From positions 2,604,001 to 2,668,000 of the forward strand of contig OZ024763.1 in NCBI GenBank assembly GCA_964016885.1: DNA of 64,000 nucleotides, read 5' to 3'. Below, piece after piece: positions 38,100-51,315 of the stretch. The first letter of the stretch is position 1. Every line of letters starts with the position of its first letter. Origin of the DNA: Eledone cirrhosa (lineage: Eukaryota). The translations under genes and the position numbers were made by a program. The notes beneath the pieces were generated by a model. It was given only the letters and a program-made list of their open reading frames with translations, was not told the DNA's origin and made no database searches.

Positions 38100-39030
38100 C
38101 ATTAGTGCGATGTTCTTGAAAAGTAGAAAACTATGTACTATGACTTCATCCCAGTGAAAAATTTAAAGCTCTAGTGTAATACTGGAAATTTTCACAATGA
38201 TCTGTCCACTTGTAAAAATACTAAAAATACTGTGAACATTTGAATTTAAAAAAATAAAAATAACTGTTTGAAACTATATTACTAAGACATTGTTGAAAAG
38301 TATTAAAAAATCGCTATAACTACACTACATCACACTAGATATTAAAACCTGTACTCTAATACAGAAATTTTAGCCAGAATCTGTCCACCAATAAAGGCAT
38401 TATAAACATTTGAATTTTTAAAAAAATGCTTGAAACTATATTAGTAAAACATTGTTGAAAAGTAAAAAAAAAAAAGACAGCACTATGACTACATCACAGT
38501 AAAAAATTGAAGTCTTTATTTTAATTTACTGAACATTTTAACAACAATTTGTCCACCAGTAAAGATACTATAAACATTTGAATTAACAAACTACATGAAA
38601 TCATATTAGCAAGACATTTTTGAAAAGTAAAAAACAGCTCCATGACTGCATCATAGTAAAAATTAAATGTCTTTGCTTTAATCTAATACTAGAAATTTTC
38701 ACAATGATCTGTCCACTTGTAAAAATACTAAAAATACTGTGAACATTTGAATTAAAAACTTCTTGAAACTACATTGTTGAAAAGTAAAAAAAAGAAAAAC
38801 CACTATGACTACATCACATTAGATATTAAAGTCTTTACTGTAATACTGTAAATTTTCACAACGATTTGTCCACCAGTAAATATACTATAAACATTTGAAT
38901 TAATAAACCACATAAAACCACATTCTTGAAAAGTACAAAACAAAACTATGACTGCATCACATTAAGAATTGAGTTTATTTTACTGTAAATTTTCACAAAG
39001 ATTTGAGCATTAATAAAGAATTATCAAACA
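38100..39030. repeat. Old diverged ~150-175-bp tandem repeat, ~6 copies
   Basis: Recurring TTGAAAAGTA...CTATGACTACATCAC...TGTCCAC...AACATTTGAATT at ~38116, 38293, 38455, 38620, 38777 and 38926. Confidence 0.85.
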
Positions 39031-39142
39031 TGTTTAAAGTATTTCTGATTCACAGATTTATTGGTTCAAGTTCTATCACTCACAATTACTCAGTGTGTTG
39101 GCTGAAGTCATTAGAGCAACAAATAGAATGTGTGTGTATATA

Positions 39143-40034
39143 CAGGGTGTGGACGATATTTGTTCGCAAGATTACTGTCTAGGAAAAAATAACACAGTAG
39201 TTTTATTTTTTAAGATATATTTATCAAATTTGGGTCAGTTTGTCTTCATGACTTGTTCTTTCGATCTCACTCGATAAACCCACCATTGGCTTTGATGACA
39301 GCCTCAAGGCGGCCTCGGAACCGGCTACAGGCCTTTGTCACTGTCCCCTGACTTAGGCCCCTGAAGGCACTTGTGATCCTGGCCTTCAGATCGTCTTTCA
39401 TATTGCAGCTAGATCTGTTGGTGTCTTGTTCCACTGCGCCCCACACAAAGAAGTCGAGGAGGTTGCAGTCAGGCGAGCTGGGAGGCCAGATGTCAGGTGA
39501 AGTGTGGTCGACAAAGTTCTCTGACAGCCAGGCTTGGGTCTTTCAACTGGTATGGCAGGGCACTGAGTCTTGCTGCCACACGTACGGCCTACCTGCAGCT
39601 ACCTGGTCGATCCAGGGCCTTACTACCTTGCTCAGAACGCGGATGTAGCCATCGGTGTTCAGCTTGAGGCCCTCAGGGAAGAAGTGAAGTGGCACGACGT
39701 CACCTTGACTGCTGACGACACCTAAGACCAATGTTGTCGCTGGAAACTTTGTCTGCATGACTCTGGGCACGTCTTTGGATGAGACACCATTCTCCTGCTG
39801 ATGCTGAGAAAGTCTGAAATTTCCTTATTTGTCCTCCCAGCGTGGATTCCAAGAAGAACTCTGTGTCTCTTCCACAAATTTGGAGGTTCAAAATTATTCA
39901 TAATCAATTATTCTGAAAATAAATAATGGAAATATAGTCACTTTTTTTATGAAAACAAGAGTGACAACGGAAGTAAAAAAAATTTGCATAAAATTAGCAG
40001 TTGAAAATTGCGAACAGATATCGTCGCCACCCTG
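39143..40034 (-). mobile_element. Tc1/mariner DD37D (maT-type) DNA transposon, internally deleted
   Basis: TA|CAGGGTGTGGACGATATTTGTTCGCAA ... TTGCGAACAGATATCGTCGCCACCCTG|TA: TIRs with TA duplication. Confidence 0.92.
39267..39901 (-). pseudogene. maT/DD37D transposase pseudogene
   Basis: N-terminal HTH start (GRTNKEISDFL) fused by deletion to ...VWQQDSVPCHTS*KTQAWL...WPPSSPDCNLLD...KANGGFIE*; 37 residues between the second and third catalytic D; in-frame stop. Confidence 0.9.
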
Positions 40035-41028
40035 TATATATATGAATGTATGTATAGTATATTTGATAATATACTGTATGTTTATTTAAAGACATCTTGA
40101 AGACCATTCGCTATGAATTTTAAAGTAGTGACTGCGTCACATACTTAATCTCAGCAAAAGGGAGTAATTGACAGTGACCGTTTCTCACTTGTAAGCAGTT
40201 GTCAAGACTACATACCCCTTCGCTTCTGCTGAGAGTTATAGAAGCAGGATTCTTATAGAATTCCAGTTATGTTTACAAACTGTTTAAACTCCCTAACATA
40301 GAGAGCGGTTGCCAGCCCAGCAAAAATTAGCAATTAGTATTGGTGCTCTGAAATAGCGATGTATATATGAATGCATGTATTGTATATTTGATAATATACT
40401 GTATGTTTATATGTGTATATATGTATGTATATATATATATACTTGTTGCTGTGCTGATAATTGTGTTGGCATTGATACACTGGTTGGATGCCCTTCCTTA
40501 CAGCATGGACTGGGTGCTTTTATTTGTGCCACCAGCACTAGAGAGGATGTCTTACTAGACTCAAATGCCCTCTCTGCCCCTCCATTTTACAGCATGGTCA
40601 TAAAAAAAAAAGCAGGGAAAAGCGGACGTAAAATGATGATGATGATGATATATATATATATATATAAATATATTCATGTAGGTGTCGTGACGAAAAGTAC
40701 CCAGCACACACTGTAAATGTGGTTGGTGTTAGGAAGAGCTTGTGTGTATATATTTAGGTATCTAGGGTAGGTGCTTTTTGTATATATATATGTGTATGTA
40801 AGTATGTTGTGTAGGTGCTTTTTGTCTTGACACCTACACAACCACTTTACAGTGTGGGCTGGAGGCTTCACTGGATGTATGTATATAGACACATATGTAG
40901 AGATATAGATACACACACACACACACATATATACATACATATATACACACACACACGTACATATATATATATATATACATATATGTATGTGTATATACAT
41001 ATATATATATGTATATACACGTTATAAT

Positions 41029-41062
<34 letters not shown>

Positions 41063-41465
41063 TATATATATATACTCAAGCATACACACACACACACATA
41101 TAAACTCACACACACATATATATACACACAGACATACACCCACACACACATATACACACACACATATATATACTCACACACACACCCACAACAGGACAAC
41201 CCGTCTAACCCATGCTAGCGTGGAAGAACGGACGTAAAACGGTGATGATGATGATGATGATGACACACACATATACACACATACACACACATATATACAC
41301 ACACACATGCACAAACATATATATACACACACATATATATACATATATATATCATCATATAGATGGTGACAATTGTTTATTTTCCCGACATTGGACAGTA
41401 AAAAAAGGAAGTTGACATTCTTTTCTAAATGTCTGACCTAACTTTCTGCAGATGGGGGGGGGGGG

Positions 41466-42480
41466 GGCGTCCATTTATTTTATATATACGTATATATATT
41501 TTATATATATATGTATATATATTTTATATATATCTATATTTTATATATGTATATATATTTTATATATATATGTATATATATTTTATATATGTATATATAT
41601 TTTATATATATGTATATATATTTTATATGTATATATATTTTATATATATGTATATATATTTTATATATGGCCTCAGCCGGATGGCTGAAACAGGTAAAAG
41701 AGTAAAAGAGTATATATATTTTATATATATATATATATATATTTTATATATATATATATATATTTTATATATATATTTTATATATATGTATGTATATTTT
41801 ATATATATGTATATATATTTAAATAAATGTATATATATTTTATATATATGTATATATATTTTATATATATTTTATATATGCATATATATTTTATATATGC
41901 ATATATATTTTACATATATGTATGTATATTTTATATATATGTATATATATTTATATAAATGTATATATATTTTATATATGTATATATATTTTATATATGT
42001 ATATATATTTTATATATATGTATATTTTATATATACTTTATATATTTTATATATATGTATGTATATTTTATATATATGTATGTATATTTTATATATATAT
42101 ATATTTTATATATACTTTATATATTTTATATGTATGTATATATATTTTATATATATGTATATATATTTATATATACTTTATATATTTTATATATATGTAT
42201 ATATATTTTATATTTTTATTTATTATACATTTTTATATAGTATATATATTTATTTATTTTTTATTTTATTATATTCTTCTTATCTTAATTTTATTTTCTA
42301 TTTTTTTTGTTTTATTTTATATACATATTTTTAATCTTTTGTTTTTATATTTTTTTTAATATTTATTATCGTATTTTATATTTTTTAGTTATATTTTTGT
42401 TTAATTTATTTTTTTTTAAATTTGAATAGAATTTAATTTTAATTTAATTTAATTTTGTTTTATTTATTTTTGGTCATTAT
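41466..42480. repeat. AT-rich (TA)n/T-rich low-complexity tract
   Basis: Direct inspection. Confidence 0.95.
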
Positions 42481-43048
42481 TTCGTTCTTATAACAATAAA
42501 GTTAATTATTCTCTCCTCTGGGGCTACCCTTGTCCACCACCACCCCACCCCACCCCACCCCATCCAACCCCACCTACGCCTGCAGCCTCTGTCTGCAACC
42601 CCCAACCCCCGCCTCACCATGCACCTCCACCCCATATATATATATATAAAAGGGGGACAGTAGAGAGACTACACTACATACCAACATTGGTTGGCATGGA
42701 TGTAGCAGAGAGTCGGGTGGGGTAGCAGTATGGGTTGGGGGAGGTTTTGGTCCTGCTGTTGGGTGACAATAAATGGCACAAATTGTGGGTGGAGTTTCCA
42801 GAACCAACTGACTCATTTCCTTAAACTGGGGTGGGCTAGGGGGGGGGGTAAAGGTGGCAGTATTGGTGGGGGGTGGTAGAGACGGGTGGGTCTTGGTGTG
42901 TGGGTGGATGGTGGAGGAGGGGAGGACTAATAACATACACCAACTGGTTTTAATTTAATGCCATCCCCTCCCCCTCCCCCGATTTTTCTCTGAATATTAT
43001 CAGTAATGAAATCCAATGCAAAATTTTAACATTTTATATAGATATATA

Positions 43049-43079
<31 letters not shown>

Positions 43080-43188
43080 GTCTATATGTGTGTATATGTG
43101 TATATATATATATATGTGTGTATATATGTGTATATATATATATGTGTGTGTGTGTAAATATGTGTATATATACATATGTATATATACA

Positions 43189-43224
<36 letters not shown>

Positions 43225-43225
43225 C

Positions 43226-43256
<31 letters not shown>

Positions 43257-43649
43257 CACATACAACTTCCCCAAAATGGCTGACTGAATACACACATGGT
43301 TTTTCTCTCTTTCTTCCTCATCTAACTCTCCTCTATCTTTCCCTTTCTTCTTTTATTTCTCCTCCTATCTTCATATGTCCCTGCCCTGCAATTTACAGAT
43401 GATGGGGTGGGGGAGACACAACCTTTAGCGGTGGTGTCCCAGCATACCAGCTGTCCAACAACTGAAACTAGTATAGGCAAGGTGGACACTACCATTAAAC
43501 CAAACGTGGCTGCCACCTTGCGCCATGCATACCTCAGAAATGTGCATAACTGAAGGTTGAAGAATCACAGTTTGATAGAAATTTGTATAATTAAATTGAA
43601 TACAGGTATACCTCACTCTATATTGATAGTTGGTTCCAGAACTTAAGAC

Positions 43650-43850
43650 TTAACCCTTTAGTTACCGACCCGGCCAAACCCGGCCCTGATTAAAACCACA
43701 CATTTTAAAGGTTTCCAATTTAAATTAAAATCTTCCAACATAATTTTATATAAGAACCTTAACCACTATCTTAATAATGAAATAATTAATAATTTCAGTA
43801 AATCCCGCAAAATTCTTCATTCATTAATCAAAATAGACAAAGACTATGTG
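43650..43850 (+). mobile_element. TTAA|CCCTTT-ended MITE fragment
   Basis: TTAACCCTTTAGTTACCGACCCGGCC...TTTTAAAGGTTTCCAATTTAAATTAAAATCTTCCAACA; the latter block recurs at 45149-45186. Confidence 0.65.
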
Positions 43851-43851
43851 C

Positions 43852-45150
43852 TAACCCTTTAGTTACCAACCCCAGCCAAAGCCAGCTCTGGTTCTATGAA
43901 ATAAAACCATCCATTGTAACCCTTTAGTTACCAACCCCAGCCAAAGCCAGCTCTGGTTCTATGAAATAAAACCATCCATTGTAACCCTTTAGTTACCAAC
44001 CCCAGCCAAAGCCAGCTGTGGTCCTATGAAATAAAACCATCCATTGTAACCCTTTAGTTACCAACCCCAGCCAAAGCCAGCTGTGGTTCTATGAAATAAA
44101 ACCATCCATTGTAACCCTTTAGTTACCAACCCCAGCCAAAGCCAGCTGTGGTCCTATGAAATAAAACCATCCATTGTAACCCTTTAGTTACCAACCCCAG
44201 CCAAAGCCAGCTGTGGTCCTATGAAATAAAACCATCCATTGTAACCCTTTAGTTACCAACCCCAGCCAAAGCCAGCTGTGGTCCTATGAAATAAAACCAT
44301 CCATTGTAACCCTTTAGTTACCAACCCCAGCCAAAGCCAGCTGTGGTCCTATGAAATAAAACCATCCATTGTAACCCTTTAGTTACCAACCCCAGCCAAA
44401 GCCAGCTCTGGTTCTATGAAATAAAACCATCCATTGTAACCCTTTAGTTACCAACCCCAGCCAAAGCCAGCTCTGGTTCTATGAAATAAAACCATCCATT
44501 GTAACCCTTTAGTTACCAACCCCAGCCAAAGCCAGCTCTGGTTCTATGAAATAAAACCATCCATTGTAACCCTTTAGTTACCAACCCCAGCCAAAGCCAG
44601 CTCTGGTTCTATGAAATAAAACCATCCATTGTAACCCTTTAGTTACCAACCCCAGCCAAAGCCAGCTGTGGTCCTATGAAATAAAACCATCCATTGTAAC
44701 CCTTTAGTTACCAACCCCAGCCAAAGCCAGCTGTGGTCCTATGAAATAAAACCATCCATTGTAACCCTTTAGTTACCAACCCCAGCCAAAGCCAGCTGTG
44801 GTCCTATGAAATAAAACCATCCATTGTAACCCTTTAGTTACCAACCCCAGCCAAAGCCAGCTCTGGTTCTATGAAATAAAACCATCCATTGTAACCCTTT
44901 AGTTACCAACCCCAGCCAAAGCCAGCTCTGGTTCTATGAAATAAAACCATCCATTGTAACCCTTTAGTTACCAACCCCAGCCAAAGCCAGCTCTGGTTCT
45001 ATGAAATAAAACCATCCATTGTAACCCTTTAGTTACCAACCCCAGCCAAAGCCAGCTCTGGTTCTATGAAATAAAACCATCCATTGTAACCCTTTAGTTA
45101 CCAACCCCAGCCAAAGCCAGCTCTGGTTCTATGAAATAAAACCATCCATT
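43852..45150. repeat. 65-bp minisatellite, 20 copies, derived from the MITE terminus
   Basis: Unit TAACCCTTTAGTTACCAACCCCAGCCAAAGCCAGCT(C/G)TGGT(T/C)CTATGAAATAAAACCATCCATTG. Confidence 0.97.
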
Positions 45151-45732
45151 TTAAAGGTTTCCAATTTAAATTAAAATCTTCCAACATTTGACTTGGCATG
45201 GGTTAGTGTGGACTGTGTAGTAGAAGTTGCAGGTTTAGTCATTTTCTTAGTGTAACCACAGCAAGAAGTGTGTGAAAAAAAGTCAAGGTTTGTTATTTTA
45301 CCAATGTTCTAAGTTGAAATTATTTCATTTGTTCTCATAAAGGGCTGAACCAGCTGAACTGAGAGAACTGGACATACAGACACTGTAAGGACTAGCCTAG
45401 GGTGCTAACCCACCTCCTAACCTGACCTTCCCTCCTGTATACATCTATAAAAGAATGTATTTTCCCATGATTGTTGTTTCATCAGATATCTTATCAAATT
45501 TGTTTCAACTCTTTCCTGTTAAACAACGGCTTTTCATAATATTTTAAAATAAACATGTCACATCTGATAAAACAACACTATATATATATATATATATATA
45601 TCTGTATGTGTGTGTATGTATATATATATATATCTGTGTGTGTGTATATATATATCTGTGTGTGTGTATATATATATATCTGTGTGTGTATATATATATC
45701 TGTGTGTGTTTGTATATATCTGTGTGTGTTTG

Positions 45733-45764
<32 letters not shown>

Positions 45765-46046
45765 TACAATATATATATTATCTTCGCTTTTTCTGTTCAT
45801 TGCCAGAGAACGTCTCCATGAACCACCTAAGAGAATATTAGCCTACGACTTCATTCATACCATAAACGTGGTTTTGTCTTTGCATGTAATTGTTTTCACC
45901 GCTCCAAATATTGACGTATTATCCTCGTTTTTTTCCGTTCATTGCCAGGGAACGTTTCCACGAACCAAAGTATCGTCTTCCTGTCTTCCTTCGGTTGCAA
46001 CGATTTTTTGAAATATTTACTTCTGCGTTCACAGATTGACTTTTTT

Positions 46047-46097
46047 AGTTTCAGAAGATCCCGTTAAGGGTGAAAGCAGCGATTCTTTGCTTAAACT
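46047..46097 (+). ncRNA. Hammerhead-like motif with CAGAAGA core (family H2)
   Basis: AGTTT-CAGAAGA-TCCC GTTAA GGGT-GAA-AGCA-GCGATTCTT-TGCT-T|AAACT, inside an element spanning ~46015-46210. Confidence 0.65.
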
Positions 46098-46206
46098 TTA
46101 ATCTGTTATTTTAATAAATATTTGCTCTACGGTTCTCTTATATATTTGATATATATTTATCCTTATCGAGCCCTCTTTGGATTTTAGTCTTTAAATTTAT
46201 TATTAT

Positions 46207-46268
<62 letters not shown>

Positions 46269-46313
46269 TCAGTCCTATTGGTCCTATTCAACAGTGCTTC
46301 AGTATTATATATA

Positions 46314-46392
46314 CAGGGTATCCCCTAAAAATGCATACATACTTTAACAGCATTCTAATAAATATGTATATAAATTTATTTGGGACACCTTG
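46314..46392. mobile_element. ~80-bp Tc1/mariner-type MITE
   Basis: TA|CAGGGTATCCC...GGGACACCTTG|TA. Confidence 0.7.
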
Positions 46393-46401
46393 TATATATA
46401 T

Positions 46402-46599
46402 ATATATAGCTTTCACCGTATTTTTGACTAAAGGAATTTTAGCCTGATAATGGGGTTTAGAACCCTCAGATAAATGGAAAAAGATGAGTATTGATGTACA
46501 TGTACGTCAATACTCATCTTTTTCCATTTATCTGAGGGTTCTAAACCCCATTATCAGACTAAAATTCCTTTAGTCAAAAATACGGTGAAAGCTATATAT
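46402..46599. repeat. Near-perfect ~200-bp spacerless palindrome
   Basis: Centre GTACA|TGTAC at 46500/46501; arms differ at about 2 positions; related single arms at ~46675-46743 and ~46870-46968. Confidence 0.95.
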
Positions 46600-46640
46600 T
46601 TTCTAATTTCAGACCTGCTCACTGTTTCAAAACATACTTA

Positions 46641-46677
<37 letters not shown>

Positions 46678-46981
46678 CATTCAGAGTTTTTTTTTAAATC
46701 TCAACTAACAGACTAATTCTATTTAGTCAAATACGGCGTAAGCACATCCTGCTATATCAAGCGTTAACCTAATATATTCCTTCCATATACTGTACCGATT
46801 GTGTTGTTATTTCTGTTTACCTTTTACACATACACACGTATATATATATATATATACACACACATTTAGTAGAAATAGAAGCTTTCGCTGTATTTTTGAC
46901 TGAAGAAATTTTAGCCTGATAGTGGGATTTAGAACCTTCTAAAAAATGGAAAAAGATAAGTATTGACATTGTGTGTGTGTG

Positions 46982-47019
<38 letters not shown>

Positions 47020-47025
47020 GTGAGT

Positions 47026-47143
47026 CGTGGGTTCAATCGGGGGTAACCACAGTAAGTAAGGTACTCAATACATTAGTAAAGTGTAAACAACAAATTTGAT
47101 TTAGAAATGGCTTCTACAGGACTAGAACTGTTTCATTCGAAGG
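47026..47143 (-). mobile_element. Hammerhead family H3 element (3' half of ribozyme plus tail)
   Basis: Minus strand CCTTCGAAT-GAAA-CAGTTCTAGTCCTG-TA-GAAGCC. Confidence 0.65.
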
Positions 47144-47346
47144 CGTGTGGTTGACTGGTTAGAGAACTGGATTCGCAATCGTGAGGTTACCAGTTCGATT
47201 CGTGGGCCGGGCGATGCGTTATGTCCTTGTGCAAGACACTTTATTTCACGTTGCTCCTTCTACTTGGAGTTACAACTGATAGATAGTATTAGCAATTGGA
47301 AAGATCAATGGAAACATTGTTTCCTCGGTCCAATTTGACGAAAGTC
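47142..47346 (+). mobile_element. tRNA-derived SINE family C
   Basis: B box GTTCGATTC; CCTTGTGCAAGACACTTTATTTCAC shared with family A but a different body; second copy at 49270-49514 (-). Confidence 0.8.
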
Positions 47347-47559
47347 GATTGACAAAATAAAAAAAATATATCTATATATATATAGACACACACAAGACAC
47401 AATCTAATGTTATAAAGGGTGTGGTGGTTTTGTTAGTCATTTACTTGTTGTTGTTGTTACCACCAACAGATCAGCACTTAGGAAATCATTTTTTTTTTTC
47501 ATTTTGTTACTCATGGAAAATTTTATTTCAAAAAATTATTTTGAATGTATATATATATA

Positions 47560-47618
<59 letters not shown>

Positions 47619-47644
47619 TTAAAAAAATTTTTTTTTTATTTTTA

Positions 47645-47955
47645 CCTGGGAGTGAAAGGCCCCTAGTTATTGTCACAACACCTTTCTAAGACAGGGAAAC
47701 TCTGAAAAAAATCCTGTGACTTTGGAAGCATCCGATGATGTTGACCAGTTTCCTTTTTCGGGTAGTGTTTTCGATGCTCAGAGAGTGGGATTGGTCGAGT
47801 GCAAGGCCTTTCCTCACTTAAAACACCTTCAAAGCACAGGCATTGCTTGTTCAGGATATGTTAGGGGTTTGTGTGGCTGGCCGTAGCCTAAAAGTGCACC
47901 AAACTCTAGAATCTGACAAGCGATTGCAGTACTCTTTGCAGCCATCATGTGTACA
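47645..47955 (+). mobile_element. Old RTE 5'UTR-like fragment
   Basis: Diverged reverse-complement similarity to 57305-57515 (e.g. GCACAGGCATTGCTT, AGAGAGTGGGA, GAAACTCTGA). Confidence 0.45.
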
Positions 47956-48079
47956 TACAAAAGAAATTATTAAAATAATATATATATACATATATATTAT
48001 TTTATAATATATATATATATATAAATTAATAAAATAATGAATAAACAAAGAAACAGTTCCTTATATTAAAAAAAAATTC

Positions 48080-48217
48080 ATCATTTTACGATCATTTCTA
48101 GGATATATATGTGTTAGTGTTGGTATGCATATTCTATAGATCTATGTAAAATATTTATACAAACTATCAGAGGGAATATACATACCTACACATATATATG
48201 TTGTCTTCAGAAATAAT
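48080..48217 (-). ncRNA. Hammerhead motif with ~100-nt stem II (family H5, left arm)
   Basis: Mirror of 48219-48348. Confidence 0.6.
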
Positions 48218-48218
48218 G

Positions 48219-48348
48219 ATTATTTCTGAAGACAGCATATATATGTATAGGTATGTATATTCCCTCTGATAGTTTGTATAAATATTTTACATAGAATATG
48301 CATACCAACACTAACACATATATATCCTAGAAATGATCGTAAAATGAT
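48219..48348 (+). ncRNA. Hammerhead motif with ~100-nt stem II (family H5, right arm)
   Basis: ATTATTT-CTGAAGA-CAGCATATATATGT...ACATATATATCCTA-GAAA-TGATCG-TA|AAATGAT; 7-bp stem I, palindromic GATC loop, GUA site. Confidence 0.65.
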
Positions 48349-48682
48349 GAATTTTTTTTAATATAAGGAACTGTTTCTTTGTTTATTCATTATTTTATTA
48401 ATTTATCTTGACTCTGTTTTCCGTTAATTTTCACCGAAAATAGTTTTTGAATGCATCTTCTCTTTTCATGATATCTGGATTACATTGAGTTCTTCATACG
48501 GATTGGACACTCCCGTAAATTTTTGGTAGATTTATCTACATATATATATATATATATATCAGAAAGGGTGTGGTAAAATACCAGGTGGACAATAACCCAC
48601 CAGAGTACTCGATACTAGCTGTCGAAATGACCGGAGCTCAGCTGTTGGGGCCCTGAATCTTTTCATATATATTATATTATCT

Positions 48683-49011
48683 ATCATCATTTTACGTCCA
48701 CTTTTCCCTGCTTGCAAGGTGGGACGGGAACTGATACTGGCTTGATTTCTACAGCTGGATGCCCTTCCTAACACCAACCTCATTTACGGTGAGTGCTGGG
48801 TGCTTTTTTGCCGTGGCACCTCCACGACCACTTTACAGTGGAATGATAGGGACCCCAGTCCCTATCATCTCATTTCTACAGCTGAGTAAACTGGAGCAAT
48901 GTGAAATAAAGTGTCTTGCTCAAGGAAACAACACATCACCCGGTCTGAGAATTGAACTCACAACCTTTCGATTGCAAGGCCAATGCTCTAACCACTAAGC
49001 CATGTGCCTCC
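48683..49011 (-). mobile_element. Full-length SINE family A
   Basis: Match to 11751-12077. Confidence 0.92.
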
Positions 49012-49153
49012 ATAATATATATATATGAAGTATTTCCGTAGAAAAGGTAAAGGAAAGAAGAGTGCTCTATGTTTAGTACAGAGCTACTTAATTACATAAT
49101 ATAATTATTCCATTTTGGAATAATTGAATAATAATTATTCCATAATGGAATAA

Positions 49154-49258
49154 GGAGATGACGAAGGACCGTGACGAGTGGAGAGATGCTGTGCTGAATA
49201 GGACCCGTCCCACCCTTGCAAGCAGGGAAAAGCGGACATAAAACGATGATGATGATGT
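49154..49258 (+). mobile_element. RTE family 1 extreme 3' end
   Basis: EMTKDRDEWRDAVLNRTRPTLASREKRT* plus (TGA)n. Confidence 0.88.
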
Positions 49259-49269
49259 ATATATATATT

Positions 49270-49514
49270 ATCGTTTGCTCTGATCTACAAGATCCCAGGC
49301 CTCATTCATTTGCCGAGGTTGTGGTGGACCTTGTCAAATCGGACCAAAGTAACAATGTTTCCATTGGTCTTTCCATTGCTGATGCTATTTATGGTCGCAA
49401 CTCCTGGTAGAAAGAGCAAAGTGAAATAAAGAGTCTTGCTCAAGGACATAACACATTGCTCCGTCTGAGAATTGAACTCACAACCTCACAATTGCGAATC
49501 TAACTCTCTAACTA
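49270..49514 (-). mobile_element. SINE family C
   Basis: Reverse-complement match to 47142-47346. Confidence 0.78.
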
Positions 49515-49890
49515 CTTTACCTTATAGTAGACCATCATCATCATCACCACCATAACCATCATCACTATCACCACCATCGTCATCATCACCATAACCATCA
49601 TCACCATCATCATCACCATAAGCATCATCATCATTATCATCACCATCACCATCATCACGATCCCCACCACCATCACCACGATCCCCCCCACCACCACCAT
49701 CACCATCATATAGTATATAACAAGCTATTAACCAACACCACCATCTCTACAACTCAATACAAAGCTAATTAAGATATCGTTATCATTCCTCAATTAATTC
49801 TTTGTTGTTTGTCTTTTAACTTTCTTTTAATTAGTTTCTTGTTTTTTTTTGTTTGTATTTTTACTATTTGTTTTATAGTTTAGCTTTGTT

Positions 49891-51315
49891 TTTACTGTTT
49901 ACTCTGGGTCTATTACCATCTTTGAGGGAGGGACCTAGAGTTTATAGCTGGTCTGGGTCACCATCTCTGAGGGAGGGGCCTACAGTTTACTGTTTACTCT
50001 GGGTCTATTACCATCTTTGAGGGAGGGACCTAGAGTTTATAGCTGGTCTGGGTCACCATCTCTGAGGGAGGGGCCTACAGATTACTGTTTACTCTGGGTC
50101 TATTACCATCTTTGAGGGAGGGACCTAGAGTTTATAGCTGGTCTGGGTCACCATCTCTGAGGGAGGGGCCTACAGATTACTGTTTACTCTGGGTCTATTA
50201 CCATCTTTGAGGGAGGGACCTAGAGTTTATAGCTGGTCTGGGTCACCATCTCTGAGGGAGGGGCCTACAGTTTACTGCTTACCCTGGGTCTATTACCATC
50301 TTTGAGGGAGGGACCTAGAGTTTATAGCTGGTCTGGGTCACCATCTCTGAGGGAGGGGCCTACAGTTTACTGTTTACTCTGGGTCTATTACCATCTTTGA
50401 GGGAGGGACCTAGAGTTTATAGCTGGTCTGGGTCACCATCTCTGAGGGAGGGGCCTACAGTTTACTGTTTACTCTGGGTCTATTACCATCTTTGAGGGAG
50501 GGACCTAGAGTTTATAGCTGGTTTGGGTCACCATCTCTGAGGGAGGGGCCTACAGTTTACTGCTTACTCTGGGTCTATTACCATCTTTGAGGGAGGGACC
50601 TAGAGTTTATAGCTGGTCTGGGTCACCATCTCTGAGGGAGGGGCCTACAGTTTACTGCTTACCCTGGGCCTATTACCATCTTTGAGGGAGGGACCTAGAG
50701 TTTATAGCTGGTCTGGGTCACCATCTCTGAGGGAGGGGCCTACAGTTTACTGTTTACTCTGGGTCTATTACCATCTTTGAGGGAGGGACCTAGAGTTTAT
50801 AGCTGGTCTGGGTCACCATCTCTGAGGGAGGGGCCTACAGTTTACTGCTTACCCTGGGTCTATTACCATCTTTGAGGGAGGGACCTAGAGTTTATAGCTG
50901 GTCTGGGTCACCATCTCTGAGGGAAGGACCTTGGGTTTACAGCAGCTCTGGGTCACCATCTCTGATGGAGGGACCTAGAGTTTACAGCAGCTCTGGGTCT
51001 ATTACTATCCCTTTTTGAGGGAGAGCTACACCTTACAGCTGCTCAGGGCCTATTAGTAGCTTTGAGGGACCTACACTTTACATCTAGTGTGAGCTTATTA
51101 CCAGCTTTTCTTTGAGGGACCTATATTGTACATTTACTCTGGGCCTGTTACCAGCTTAGAGGAGGGCCTACAGTTTACATTTGTCTGGGCTTATTACCAG
51201 CTTTGAGGGACCTATTATCATCTTAGAGAGAGAAGGGGACCTATTGCGTACATCTAACCTGAGCCTTCTACCAGCTTTGAGAAGAGAGGGCAAACCTACC
51301 TTTTACAGCTGCTCT
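49891..51315. repeat. 95-bp dimeric (50+45) minisatellite, ~11 copies to ~50935, followed by diverged monomers
   Basis: Both halves share TTTA...CTGGGTC...ACCATCT.TGAGGGAGGG.CCTA.AG. Confidence 0.95.

Larger units (their letters stand above)
48021..48406. repeat. ~385-bp fold-back palindrome centred at 48218
   Basis: Arms near-identical apart from an 8-nt indel and a few substitutions. Confidence 0.95.

Noticed and set aside
46520-46600. Hammerhead in the palindrome arm (CTGAGGG...GAAAGC)
   Set aside because: A9 is absent and no stem I or stem III pairing is in register.
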